Assembly: GCA_973851085.1 (NCBI GenBank)
Contig: OZ316775.1
Coordinates: 8,432,001-8,496,000 of the forward strand
Origin: Ptychomitrium polyphyllum
Lineage: Eukaryota
Reading direction: 5' to 3'
DNA: 64,000 nt
The number at the start of each line of letters is the position of its first letter. Within the stretch, counting starts at the first letter, position 1. The translations under genes and the position numbers were made by a program. This document shows positions 27,046 to 39,611 of this stretch, piece by piece. Below the pieces are notes generated by a model that was given only the letters and a program-made list of their open reading frames with translations, did no database searches and was not told where the DNA came from.

Positions 27046-28837
27046 ATATTAAAAGAAATATTGCACTTGTAGAAATATTTCCTTATGCACAATCAACATC
27101 TCCAAGGGCTTATATACATCAAATTTATTTTCTTGCCTCTTCATTTGTAAATCGCATTTAAATACAAGCTAAGTCATTTTGGAATAATCTCCACATTGTT
27201 GTTTTTTAAAGCACTTTAACTGCTAGAACCTTCATAAGAGTCAATTTGAATAGAAGTTTATGTACAGTGACATTTTAGTTCCATATTCTTGGTGGTGCTT
27301 GCTAAGAATGTGATATCTTCAAAAGATGGAGGTTGTGCTGAATTTCCTCTATAATAACAAAATGCCCTCTTTATGACACTTCTCAATCTTTTGCACATCT
27401 ACATTTTGGTATCATACTGTTCCTTTTCATTTCAATAACTCAAAAATGAGCATAGTATGATTTAAATTCTTTAATGGAGTATGAGTCCATATATTTAGAA
27501 TATTTTAAAATTGCATTTTGATTTTGGTGGAATAATATTTAGTATTTGTGGTGTTATGAAATTTGCTAATTTAAAAGTATATTGAAGATAGTTAAAAATT
27601 ATGCTATCTTTAAATAAACTCTTTCAAAATTTGGAAATATATTAATCATATTATTAGATAAAGTACATAATCTTCAATCATAGTGAAGTTGTTGTATTTT
27701 TCACCTTGATACAAATTTTATTATAATTTCCTTTCAAATCTATCATCATAAATTTGTTTTATATTTTTTTTTAAAAGAAATTTTTCTATTATAAAATGTA
27801 TATAATTGAGATTTTTAAAATAACATTGTTATTTTTATTTTATTAAAAGAATGAGAATCTATTTGATTTTTATAGGAAAACATAGAAAGTTATTTAAAAT
27901 CATTACTAGAATTTTAGAATAGATATGAAAAATGTTACATTTTAATTAATTATAATAGCATCTATTAATTTCTTAATATAAATAATTTCTTATTATAATT
28001 GACCTTTTCATTTAAAGGAGTCTTATGATTATTAATTAAAGGAGTCTATTAATCAATTTTCTTAGACGTTTGCAATTAAATAAAGTTCATCAAAGTAAAT
28101 ATTTTTATGACATTAAAATTTCACCATAACTTTTCAATATTTTGTTTAATCATTAGTTTCATTGATATTGTGTATTATGGATTTTTTAATCGGCTTTTCC
28201 TTTTCATATAATAGTTCGTAACCAAATATTTATCAGCAGCGTCTGGAATTTAAAAAAGAAAATTGAAAAACATATTTAAATATATACAACTTCATATAAT
28301 TTTTGAGAATACTTCAAAAATCTCCTAAAACATCATTGAACTCAACAACACCTTAGTATCGTAATTCTGTCTTTATTTCTTAATAAATCTCTGGGATCGT
28401 TCACCAATATCAAATTTAAACAACTTGATACAACCAACTTGGCATGACATTGTCCTTGAATTGGACCATCTTTGCTGCCGGTAAGAGGTCCTTCACAGGG
28501 CTGTTCTACTCCACGTCCTGCTCTGGGCTTGAGAGAAGAAGCGAAGCGTGAGCCCAAGGCAGAGGACGCCGCTCCACACGGTGAGTCTCTGACGAGATGC
28601 ATATTTTGCTCACTAATGATAGCCTTTTGAAACCAGTGACTTTAATCCTTTGCAGAATGTCACATGAATATGCATGTCCCAAAGATCGTTAAAGACTAGT
28701 GATCTCTAGTTGAAGAACAAAAAGTTCTATCATGTTACTCTCAAACAAATTGCACAATTGAGAATAGAGCATTGACAACCACAACTACACATTCATCTAT
28801 GTGCCCCAAATATTTCCAGGACAATCGACCTGACGTA

Positions 28838-31800
28838 TCATTTAGCATCTACTTCCTCCTCGTCAGATTCATGGAAGATGGTTTGGGGCTGCGTTTCAGC
28901 ATATGCAGGTGCAATGTAGAAGGGATCCTTGACAGCCGCATCTGCGTGCTTCAAAATTGCCTCGCGTGGATCCTCGTCCATCCATGTTTCTTTAATCATA
29001 CCTCCTTCCTGCACATCCCTCATGTAGTAGACACATGAGTAACTGAAGAGCATACAACGTAAAGAAAACAGAGCCATCAATGCCCACTAAAGTACAGCTA
29101 CCATTATTACTCTGTGCCCGATAATCTTGACACAAAATTTAAAGAACCAAGTAGTCAGAGGGTGTGTAGTGTCTCCTAACCCGCATGAGATATTGCGTAA
29201 GCAAGCTGCCAGTCGTTGTCCCAACACGACCACCAAACCCAGGCCCACTCATAGGCAAGTCTGGTCTCTTTGATTTGACAGGATCACTACGAGCTTTCTC
29301 CCGCGCTCGCTTTCTGCTGGGTGCATCTCTGAAGAGGGGCAACGAGTGCGGGTTGTACACCACAGGCTTTGCCTCTAAGTCTTCAACAGATTTCTTGCGT
29401 GGAGCACGCGCAACACAAACCAGAGCCCCTTTCTCACTAATGGCTGGATCATACAGCACATGAGTTCCGCCTTCTTTTTTGTCTCCTGTTGTTGCAAAAA
29501 TCTGGAAAAGTGGAAATCCCAGGTATAAGCGAAATCATCCTTTAGATCCAGTTAAAAAAATCCTAACTCCAATGAGACAAGTTGTGCTGAGAGTGAGTAC
29601 CTGGTTAAGTTTGGGGTGCCAAAGAGAGCAAACTACGCTCTGGTTAGCAGAAACACCAACTCTCCTTACAAACTCCAGTCGTTGCCTGTCAAAGAAAACA
29701 AGCAAGCCTCCTTTGTTCCCTTCCTTTTCGGTTGATGTCCCGGTCATGATCAGACGCTCATCAGGGCTGAAAGAGACAGTGGTTTGAGCATACGAGTTCG
29801 GCAGATTGTCAAAAGTCTTCAAGGGTGCTTTCGATTTTCGTACGTCCCACACCTGTAAAAAGATCCATCTAAGCATGATATACATGCTTGAAAAATTGCT
29901 TCAAATCCTCAGATTCATTACAAATTCTCAATCTTGTTCCTTTTTACTCGAATCAAGTAATGAGTTTCGAAACATGTTTTCACAGCCACGTGAACCGCCT
30001 CTTAGGTAATGGTACCGAGCATGTCCCGACGATCCAGCAAGGCGCATGAGAAGAAAAGGTACCTTGACCGTAGAGTCTGTGCTCCGAGATAGAAGGGTAT
30101 TTCCATCACCAGAAAAACAAAGGCTTGTGACATCATCGCCAGATTCATGAGCCTTTTGAATATAAACGTCAGGGCGGCTTCCCCAACCAGCTTTCACATT
30201 CCAAATCTGGGTAGACAATCAAGGTAGTAGTATCAATATCAAGAGGAGGAAATTTCGAAACTTCTACAAATGAATGACTCTGAGGGTAATTAGAATCGTA
30301 CAGCAGTTCATACTGCCAGGTCAATCAAAACGGACCTGAATGGAACCATCAGCAAGACCGCCAGCTATACAATTACCATTCAGCCCCCAGGCGCACGCTG
30401 TGACTGAAACACGCCCAGGTCTGGCAAGCTTCGGCTTTATGACCTATACACACAGCTCTTGTGAGTAGAGAAGCGGAGTGGTTGGCCTTAGAAGAAACAC
30501 TCTTTGTAAGAAAACAGGAATCAGAACTCACATTTGCATCGATGCTTTTCAATTACAAAACAAACATAGTTGAAGACAACAGTCGAACTCTGAGGACTTA
30601 GAGCTAAGCGATATGCAAGGAGATTAGCGACATACCTGTTTTTGAGTTTTAAAGTTTGTCACATCCCAGATTCTCAAGGAACCATCCTCAGAGGAAGTTA
30701 GTGCAGTCTGACGCTCTTTTGGATGCCAATGTCCACCAGTCAAGCCAGAAATATGACCTTTGGTATTTTTTAGATCACGTATGTACATGTCACCCTTCAC
30801 AAACTCCCCTAATGTGAATCCGTCTCTGTCATATATTTTTGCTGTTGCAGAACCAGTGACAGCAATAAATTGATCTGCTGTAGGAGACCAGCTGAGAGCA
30901 CGAAGCTGATGGCCCTCGCTTGGTTCAATCTGGCGGAAGGAACGAAGCTGGGCATTCATCCCTTGGAAATCATACATGCGTACAGAATAGTCGTAGCCTC
31001 CGGTCAGAACCCTTGACCCTGTTGGATCCACTGCAATAGCTGTTACCACCTGTTCATAAATGACGAAAAGAATCGGTTACAATAGCCAAGAGTCATGAGA
31101 CAAGAGTCACGAAAGAAAACCAACCAGAAGAAGTTCCTAAATATCATATCTAATTGCTTAAAATAATCAGCTCAAAAACATGAACTCGTTAAAATCATTG
31201 AATACAGTGAGCTAAACTAATGTAAACCAGTCTGAGTTCCTTTTCACCTTTCTTCTCCTTCGAAGCCACTAACATGTCAACATCACACTATTATTATCAT
31301 GCATCCCGTTTTTATACCAATCTCTAAAATCAAGCAAGCAAGGATGACATGCCTTGGCGTGGCCTTTGAGTAAGATCTCGTTGCTGAGAGGAACGCGAAA
31401 CTCATCATCGTCATCTTCATCTTCATCTTCGGCGTCCTCATCGTCATCCTCAGTACTGCTCGTGCCAGGCCTTGGAGGTCCAACCATGTCTTCATCATCA
31501 ACTGTAGTTGGAGGTCGAGGAGGTCCAACCATATCTTCATCGTCCACAATTGCCTGCGGTCGAGGAGGCCCCACTATAATTTCACCGTCCAAACCTGTCT
31601 GCGGTAGTGGAGGGCTCACCCTGTCTTCATCGTCCCTTGTTGTCTGAGGTTGCGGAGGTCCATACACTTCTGTTCCTGCAGAAGCAAACTGAACTGGACC
31701 AGATCTTCGTGAAGATTCGTTCTTTGATTTGCTTGAAGATTTCTGTGCATAAAGAAAAATAACTCAGTAGCGTTGAGGAGCATCACTAAGTCCTAGTCAA

Positions 31801-32991
31801 GCAGAAACAAGGAAGGCCTTCCACTATTTTAGCCGAGTGGTTTGTACTTGATCTTTCATGAACGGAGTACCTTGATTTCAGAGGGTATAGAAGTAGTAAA
31901 TATATCAGAGTTCAGTCAATTCAAAGCATATCAACTACAACAATAGTGAGAAGATACCAGAAAAACCTGTGGTTCTCATAAGAACTTCAAAATATATAAA
32001 GAGATGAATCACTTACCAGAGCTGTATGATCAGCGACAAGCTGGCCGCGCTTAGTCTTGGAATGGATGGACTCAAGCGTTACAGATTTTGCCTCTTGCTT
32101 GCCAAAAGAAAGCGGAAAATGCGTCCGTAGACCTTCATGTACATCTGCTTCGTCGCCTAGCAACTCATCAGCTGCTCCGTCTGCCTCCTGTTTGCCACAA
32201 TTTAGCAAACCATAATGAACTTCCGGAAAATTTCTGAAAGGCTTCCGGAAAAGAGACTGGTCACCGCTCAAGGCAGCTGTCCTGATCAACCTCACCACCT
32301 CCACTAGCAACGCAAGGTCATACTTTGTCGTAATAAGCAAGTGAACATTCAGAATAGTCCACACAAACAATGAGAAATTGGATCAAACTCACATCGTCTC
32401 CATCTTCGTCGTCATCTTCATCATCGTCCTTAATAGGATTTCCTTCAGTTCTTCGCATGTTCGCTCCTGAAGGACCCCCTGTAAGCCCCGTTGTTCGCCC
32501 TTGAACAACAGATGAATGCAGACTTGGGTGCTGTTCCTGCTAGAAAACAATCGAATCCTTAATATCGTATATCGACAGCAATGACTTAACCTAAAATCGT
32601 ACAACTACAAAATTTCCATCAAACTAAAGAAGAATCTAGTGTTAGAACCAACTACAGTGAAATAAGGGTTTCGTAACATCGATAATGCTTTCCATATTAG
32701 TCAATATAAAAACTTACTGAAACGAAAGGGTCCTACCACGTCTACTGCTGAAGCAAAATGCATATTGCTTAAGGCTTAAGAAGACATCATTGCAATACTA
32801 AAGAGATATCTGGATGCATGTGCCCTAAATGACGACAACCTCTCGTTCCTAAGCAGAGATGCACACAAACTCTCCAGTACCTCACGCCTCTTGCTGCCAC
32901 TGATATGATCTACAACATCGCCTTTCGTCCCGTCCGACCCCGGAGGATGCAAGTCACGGTCCTTACGCGGCCCCATGTCATCGTCGGCCAT
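28838..32991 (-). CDS. WDR70: WD40-repeat protein WDR70 / gastrulation-defective 1 homolog, 10 exons, ~741 aa
   Basis: Exons 32991-32881, 32536-32393, 32187-32017, 31742-31353, 31049-30636, 30443-30336, 30206-30063, 29852-29601, 29501-29181, 29008-28838. Diagnostic segments: FPLSFGKQ, YDFQGMNAQLRSFRQIEPSEGH, FVKGDMYIRDLKNTKGH, PHSLPLFR, DPVKSKRPDLP, EDPREAILKHA, PAYAETQP. Confidence 0.93.
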
Positions 32992-33489
32992 GCCGACGTG
33001 AGTACGAGCCTCACGCCCAACGAGCGCACCGGATCCTCCTCTTCTCAACAACAGGCAGGCCACAACAACCTCAATGAAACATGCCAAATGTTCAGGAACC
33101 CGTCATTCATGCGCACAAAATCTTGCACCAAAATCCCAGTCGCTATGATACCTGAATATATAACCAAATTCATGGCCAACGACACTCTGCGGTGGTTTCT
33201 CAGCCCCCGACTCACGGCACCCTAAACAGTCAACAGAAACAGCAACCACTACTCCACAACAATGCTTCCTTCTTATTCACTAACCCTCCTTAAACCCTGA
33301 CGCTGAACTGAAAACGTCCCAGCTCAACCGAAGATGCGTTTCCCGGCAAGAAACAACCCAGTATTCGAGAATCATTCGACACGTCGAAGATTTGGGTCGA
33401 TTAAGGCACAGTTGATTGGTTGCGAAATGGGACAAACACGACTTCGTGGATCCATGACGCATGGTCGCAGGTAAAACAGGAGCGCAGCC

Positions 33490-34190
33490 GTGGGCGATGG
33501 TGCCCTACGGCCGCGGATGCCACAAACTCTTTGAGGATCGTGGCCGTCCTTTGTGTCGATGTTGCCTGCCACACATTCATCGACTGTTGCAACTTAGTGG
33601 CACTGCTTCAGAGGACAGGCGATTCTCGCGGGAGCAGCCGTGGCTAGTAGTTGCATGCCGTTTGTTTGGGATGGTTGTTGGGGCTTCTCGATTCTCCCTC
33701 TGACTGGGCGACACTCTTCCAGGGTTTATGGCGGGACTGCAGTCGTGGGTTTAGTTCGGAGGTGATGGCGTCCACTGGGTAGACGAGACGAGGGTGGAAG
33801 GGGATGGCGAGGAGCTGCTGAAGGAAGGGGTAGATTCTCAGGGCAGCCGTTGTTCGGTGGAGTTCGTGGAGGAGGGCGTCGCCGGGCAGCTCCATGTAGG
33901 TGAGTGGAACTTCGTGGCGTAAACCCTAAGTTGTTGGGATGACAGTCGGGTGCATCGATGTTGTGAGATTGTTTGGGACTCGTTGGTTTCGCTTCGTAGT
34001 GTGTGTGTAGCTATCTGTGGCGCTGCTTTGCAATCTGCCCAGGTTGGATGAGGGCGGCTTCCCTTATGCCAACCGAGAGTTTTTGAGGTTTCTCTGGTTT
34101 CGAAACCTAAATGCAAATGGGCTGCAGGCTATTTGAAAGTGATACAGTAGGAAGTACAACCTAGTATTAGCTGCACATGGTTGCGAGTTT
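33490..34190 (+). repeat. Inverted duplication copy A: promoter-proximal region, 5'UTR exon and intron-1 start of the Dof gene
   Basis: Reverse complement of 57225-57940. 33829-34183 is identical by eye to 57232-57586. Contains the donor ATGTAG|GTGAGT at 33899/33900 and a telo-box AAACCCTAA at 33921. Confidence 0.95.
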
Positions 34191-34503
34191 GTTGAAATTT
34201 TGAGCATGTCGTAATATAATCCATTTCTGGATTTTGATTGCAGGTTTGGTGAATTTCGCAAGCACGCTCATTTAAGAAGACAAGCAACGCTATTTCACGG
34301 TGAGAATCATGATATGAAGGAGTTTTGAAATACGAAGTGTTCCTAGCTGGCGATGACACATAGTTGTTGGTGAAGGGTGGTGGTGCGTTTGTTGTGGGAA
34401 CGGCCTATGGTGCGGGTCACAAAGAAATCCTGTGTCAGAGTGGTTTAGCTTGCAGAGGGATCTCAGTTCCGTATTTGAAGATCTTGTTGACTGAGAATGT
34501 GAA

Positions 34504-36342
34504 ATGGATAGCGCATCTCATGGCTCAGGCAGTGACGAATCTCGGGATTCGAAGCCTGCCGCTCTTTTATCGGAAGGGTTAAAAGGTCCGAGCCTCGAAG
34601 TGCCGGAGAAAGTTGCTAGTTCGGGTGCTATTTCTGCTGCAGAGGCGCTGTTGGTCCAAGATGTGGGAAAGAAGGAAGCAGGGCAGGTGAAAGCGCAGCA
34701 ACAGAAGCCTGTTTTGAAGAAGCCTGACAAATTGGCTCCGTGTCCAAGGTGCGACAGTTTAGATACCAAGTTTTGTTACTACAACAATTACAATGTTAAC
34801 CAACCACGCCACTTCTGCAAAAACTGTCAGAGATACTGGACTGCTGGGGGTACTTTGAGGAATGTTCCTGTTGGAGCAGGGAGAAGGAAAAACAAGCACG
34901 GTACTTTGCATGCACGCCATGCGAGCATGCCAGATCCTATGGTGAGGCTGGACTCTGCAGGCACGGCGCAGCCGAGGCCCTGTCTTGCAAGGGGGCAATC
35001 TGCTCCTGAACCAATGCGTCCCTTGCTTGCCACTAGTTCCAGCAGTACTATCGTCACTAGCATCCCCCGTTGCCAAGAGAAGCGTTCTTTCGATGCTATT
35101 ACTCAAACAGGTTCAAGCACCCTTCGTGTTGAACCTGGGGAAAGGCATTACATCCCTGGTACTACACTTATGGCTCCAGGATTGTTCTACAATTTCACTT
35201 TCTTAATTTTTTTTTCGAGTTCAACATGCGTAACTTCTGGGATCAGGTTTTAACAAATATGACTAGTACACATTCATGCTTCATGATTTTATAATCTTGT
35301 GTTCCCTTTCCTTAACCAGTTATGTGAATGCTCAGTTTCCTTCATTGGCGCAAGAAGTTTGATGTAGCGCATTGTACACATCAAATCTTTGACATGCTTT
35401 CATATTCTCTTTTCAGCTGAACCACAGATGAGCATATCCAGTGATCGCGAAGAGCGTAGGCTGCTGAATGCTGAACATGGTGGTTGTAGCGAACCTGACT
35501 TAGCTTGTGATGCTGAGAAGGGCGACTGTGCAGAGGCCTCTACAAGCTCAGCACCAGGCTCCTCTTCTCAACAGGACACACCCTTAACTGCCCATGAACT
35601 GCAGTCGATGGCTAGAGGTCCTGCTACAACACTTCAACCTGTGTGTGCGGGTATGGTTAGACCAGTTGGCATCGTAGATGGATCGGGACTCTGGACTACA
35701 GCCCCTACTCCATTTGGACTTTACAACGGTTCCTGGCCGTATGGGTACAATGTTGGATGGAGCGGCCCACCTCCAGGCACGCCAGGCACTCCAATCTGTC
35801 CACCTGGGGGTACGTTGGTTACCTGCCAACCTGGAGTTGGTGGGATTACCGCATGGTCAGCACCCCCAAACGGCCTTTTCTGCTGGGGCTCTACCATCAT
35901 TCCAGGAATGCCTACTGGCTTAGCTGGAACCCCATGGATGACCCCTGGCTGGGGAGGAGGCTGGAGTTTACCCTGGGGAGTAGAGGCAGCGGCAGCGGCA
36001 GCGTCAGTGTTGATGCCCATCCAGCATGCTGCTGGGGCTCCCAGCACTAGGAGTAGCACCACTTTTCCGAGCAGGCTACCAATTCGGCCGGTGTTGAGTA
36101 AGCATCCTCGAGATCGACTCGAGCTCGAGAGAGTGGAGAGCTCGCTTCGAGTTCCTAAGATGGTCAGACTGGATGACCCTGGAAGTGTCCCAAGAAGCTC
36201 GGTGTGGACTGCTGTGGGAGCTGCTGAGAACCGGCTGGAGTCGTCTGTCACATCGGGTAGTAATTTTAAGGCATTTCTTCCAGTGGTTGGAGATGGCAAA
36301 GCTTCTGTCACGTCTGGTGATAAGGAGCAGGTGCGATCATGA
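34504..36342 (+). CDS. Dof zinc-finger transcription factor, cycling-Dof-factor (CDF)-like, 2 coding exons, ~526 aa
   Basis: Exons 34504-35158 (an alternative same-phase donor lies at 35110) and 35417-36342. Dof domain [62 protein letters not shown]-type C-terminal motifs [26 protein letters not shown] and FKAF. Confidence 0.92.
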
Positions 36343-39300
36343 CAATCTAGCCTCCTTTTAAACACACTTGTTTCATCAGAAAAATAAAGTAGGCATAAAA
36401 AGGTTTCAGTTTTACTGGATGCTTTCATATAGTTTACCATCTTGTGACATATATCCCTTATGGAGTTTTGTTTGGGCTCTATGAGGGCATGTGCTTCAAC
36501 TGGTAACTGGTATGTGGCTTTGTTTCCCTCCTTTTGTATGTATCTGCTGGTATTTGCAATGTTACTATTTTTCATTTGCTTTTGCTAGGAGCTATGTCCT
36601 AATATATATGAGGTGTATATATATGTCATTCACTTGCTCGTGCTTTAGTAATTGCCGGGTAAGTTTGCGATGGGATTACGAGGTACTATTGGAACCGGTA
36701 TTGCTACATGACAGACGTTTCTGATCATTGCGTGGAGAGGATCGTGAAGTCTTTAGTTTTCCATCCACAATTCCTTGCCGGCGCTTTCTGTGAAGTCTCA
36801 TTCTAGATCCCGCTGTTGAAAAATATAATCCGTAGACGTTGGTCTATTGGCCGACAGGCTGGTGCTGCCCTTTGACTTGGAACTTGTACAGAGATAGTGA
36901 GAATTCCCAAGTGAAGGCTGACCTGGCTGCTCTCGAACTCATTACTTTCGTGACAACTGGGTGGCTTACTGGCATCTACTTCGCTGGTGTTGGTGGCTGG
37001 TTTGAGTCTTGGCTTATACGAGGGCCTTGTATTTTTGTTTTTGGGTACGAAAATTTCTAAGCATGTTCTATTTCTCTGATTGCAGCGAGAAAATGTCCCG
37101 TTTCTGTTTTGTTTCTACCGTCCCAGATATTTGCTACCTGACTGTTAGGTAGAGATAGAGCAAAGCATTTTGTGTAGAGCCACGTTAGTGCATGCGTCGT
37201 TGTCATGTAACTTAGAACAGTTATACATTGTTCGTCACATGGCCCCGTGTTTAGTTCAAATAAATTGGAAGGATTAAACCTTTAATGTTTAGTATGGTGG
37301 ATAATCCAAAATGGCGTGCCACAAATTGATCAATGACGATGTTGTGTTCACCTTCAAGTAATATGGGTGCCTGCTTGATGCAGGAGAATGATGGATACTG
37401 GACCCTGGGAGATTAGTTTTGAACGTATTTTAGACACAGCTTGAAAGACTGCCTTTATTGGTCGTGTCTTTAGACAACGATTACTTGAAGGTGATAATTT
37501 TTCGATTGAATTTATTACTTGAGTGGAGTTTAGATGTATACCACTGTGTTTTTCAGCACAGTCATTATGCATGCTGCATGGCAGATTTCCACAACTATTT
37601 TCTGAAAACTTAATCATGGGGAGTGCTATCCAGAAAGCAGACAATCTATAACTTGTGACTTTGATATCGCGATCCACATCTAAAAGTGTTAGCAAGAGAA
37701 CCTGCATGCAAACCTTCCAGTCTTGTCTGTAGGCTGACTTTACCAAAATCAATATTTTTGAGAATTGCACGAAAAACACTTGTAGAAAATTCTGAAATAG
37801 GAAAGGCAAGAGATTGCTACTGGAAAACTGATTATAATTTTGATTCACTTCCACTTGGAAAATCATACCATGAGTATATGGAATTTTCATCCACGTTTTC
37901 TTCTAGTCGATCTTCTGAGCGCCCTTGGATCTATCCTTGGGGCTTTGCCCTCCCGTACGTCTCTTGCCACCAGGTTAAGGTAGAACAACATAGCCGCATA
38001 CCAGGTTAATGCATTATTAAAAAAAGCAAAAATTAAAAAATCGGAAAGCTACGGCTTTGCGCTACCGTCCATAAGCACCGTATACGTAGAAGTAAACAAG
38101 GTGAGTGATTCTTTATAAAACTCTACTGTACATACTCCAAGTGTATTAAACTTGATAATTCTTGACAATTTCTCTTTTCAGGAGTTCTTAGTAAGTTGGT
38201 TTTCCTGCAATACCGGTAGTCTTGGATTACATCATATATTTCTAAAGCAAAAAACAAGTGCAAACCAGATTAACAATAAAATGTTTGAGAATCTTGGTAC
38301 TATATCTCTACTGTTTCAGCAATTATTGTTCATGTTAGCAACCCTGCTACAGGCTTGTGGAAATAAAGTCATTTTCAATGATATGTATTTTGATTATGTC
38401 TATATCTCAAAGCTTTAGCTGAGAACACGATTCGAATTATTAAATGCACTATTGACTCGATCAGGTGCCAGGTTTTCTGTATATTGAATCAGTCTACTTT
38501 GGATATTGGAATCCTTGCGTGTTACTTCTCTGTAAAACAATTAGAATCGACAACTTGTAAGCACTGAAATCCTAAGAGGAATGTTTGCACATCTATGTCA
38601 CTTACACACACAGCTCTAGAACGAGAAGTACATAAGATTCTAAACTGCCGTGGTTGCATACCGATGAATAATACTTTGACTTTGGGATGCAGCCTGGTAT
38701 GAAGTCTGGCATGAGTGCTTGGCGAGTATAGGCTCCAAAATGCAAATCTAACCTTTTGTTGGATGGTTGCAAGGCCCCTCTGCCATATGTAAGCCAAATA
38801 CATTAATTTGATTCTTGAAGTATTTATCCTCAAACAACAGCTGCAAGGGTGTGTCTTTTTATCTTATTTTTTTACTATTGTTGCTTTTTTGTTATTGGTA
38901 TATCTTTATTGAGAAAAAGAACTCCAACATGCATTAAAACACGTTATTCGGACGCCCATTAAAAGTCATGAATATTCAAATTTAGGGACCCGGACTTTAT
39001 TCCAGGAAGCTCAAGAATCTTATGTAGGCTTCATACGATTGGTACTCACCTTGGATGAAGTTTCGCAATTACTATAAATTTGATAATACAAAGCTGTATT
39101 AGCAAAATAACGACCACATAAGCTGTCCTGACTGCCTTAACTCTTACACTACATTAATTGGTATAAAACTCCCAAACCGAAATGCAATGCTCGATTAAAT
39201 CAGAGGCGCTCGTGAAGTATACTATTTAAAACCTAAAGAAACCCAGAACCACTTCCATGACATTGCCCCTCCTTCCTACCTAAACCTCATTTGAGGTTTC

Positions 39301-39611
39301 GTGGCTGCATTTCTGGCAAGAAAATTGTTTATGATTCAAGACAACTCCATTAGATCACAACTCTGACTCGCAGTTCACTGCTGCAAGTTTCCGGAGGACG
39401 GAAATCTTTAACCAGCTTCCACATGCTGTTTGCAGATCATAAAGAGGGAGACACAGATGTTGCCGACCTCAACACACAGAAACTCACAATATGGAAGGCT
39501 CCGCTTCCAAATACCCTTCTTTGCTGCTGCGTGGAGATATTCAATTACTGTAAAGAAGGAGATGGTAAATGTTACCAGCCTCCCACGTAAACAAATATCT
39601 CACTACAGCTC

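Larger units (their letters stand above)
20900..28300. mobile_element. Very AT-rich, CpG-depleted block, probably heavily decayed transposon remnants
   Basis: Very low GC, almost no CG dinucleotides, no intact ORF, and contains LTR-like pieces. The family cannot be assigned for most of it. Confidence 0.5.

Noticed and set aside
33838..34116. Identical 92-aa ORF (MHLGFETRE...) here and at 57299-57577 as a duplicated protein gene
   Set aside because: It starts at TTG, is antisense to the host leader/intron and has no motif. The identity simply reflects the DNA repeat.
35721..36575. 284-aa antisense ORF over the Dof gene
   Set aside because: Shadow frame of a GC-rich coding exon with no independent signal.
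37354..38009. 178-aa and 107-aa ORFs between Dof and GT8
   Set aside because: Non-ATG starts, no recognisable motif and no consistent splice structure. An old pseudogene cannot be excluded without BLASTX.
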